From: an uncultured Solirubrobacterales bacterium
GTDB taxonomy: Bacteria; Actinomycetota; Thermoleophilia; Solirubrobacterales; Thermoleophilaceae
Assembly (NCBI GenBank): GCA_965653255.1
Contig: CBFGZN010000001.1
Span: 1 to 36,131, forward strand
Direction of reading: 5' to 3'
Length of the DNA: 36,131 nt
Shown here: one piece after another, positions 35,815 to 36,131 of the stretch
Layout: the number at the start of each line of letters is the position of its first letter
Numbering within the stretch: the stretch's first letter is position 1
Position numbers and translations under genes: made by a program
Notes under the pieces: generated by a model
Told to the model about the DNA's origin: nothing
Databases searched by the model: none
What the model saw: only the letters and a program-made list of their open reading frames with translations

Positions 35815-36131
35815 CTTGGGTTTCAACCAATTCGTCGGCTGAAGGTAGCGGTCCTCCAATCGACCGCGCGCTCTTAGAGCATGAGATCGGCAATCGCGAC
35901 GGCAAGGCCGATCGCGCCCCCGCTGAGCCCACCGACAAGCAGACAGCGCTCCACACCGACCCTGGCAGCCCTCATATCGGCCGGGCGCGGGATGGTCTGT
36001 GTACTGCTGCCGTCGTCGTCTTGATCAGCGTCGGCGCGATGCCCGCTTGGCCGCCCGTTTGGCGGCTTTGGTTTGTTTCTTGGTGCATGGGGTTTTCATG
36101 CGGATGTCGAAGTCGTGTCGGCGTCCGTTTT

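Overview
A 36.1-kb, very GC-rich (about 70%), tightly packed chromosomal segment that looks like Actinomycetota, possibly Thermoleophilia-like; the taxon is inferred from composition and protein motifs only. I support about 38 protein-coding genes. I found no rRNA, tRNA, CRISPR array, transposase or integrase.

The core content is housekeeping: thioredoxin, polyprenol-phosphate mannose synthase, OtsB, YchF, methylmalonyl-CoA epimerase, an FtsH-like protease, PAC2 and SpoIID/LytB. Double-strand-break repair genes are notably concentrated: PolX, a UvrD-type helicase fused to an Fe-S RecB/Cas4-like nuclease, and a split NHEJ operon ligD(PE-Lig)-ku-ligD(Pol).

Accessory or unusual content:
1. A block of five adjacent paralogous TetR-type genes. 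Two are single-chain double TetRs and one lacks an HTH. The block sits next to a leaderless gene for an R2-like di-metal oxidase fused to SCP2. A shared palindromic motif lies upstream of both double TetRs.
2. A lower-GC Fic gene with a non-canonical active-site motif and a triple TTAGCTCCA box over its start.
3. A hipBA module with three 16-bp operator-like repeats.
4. Six strictly phased 23-bp tandem repeats upstream of a DUF4143-type AAA ATPase.
5. Two insertions flanked by direct repeats. One shifts the frame at the 3' end of an M20 peptidase gene. The other inserts 15 codons into an HTH.

All family calls rest on motifs I recognise in the translated ORFs. No database search was possible. 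Many long Arg/Ala/Pro-rich alternate-frame ORFs in the track are GC artefacts and were ignored.
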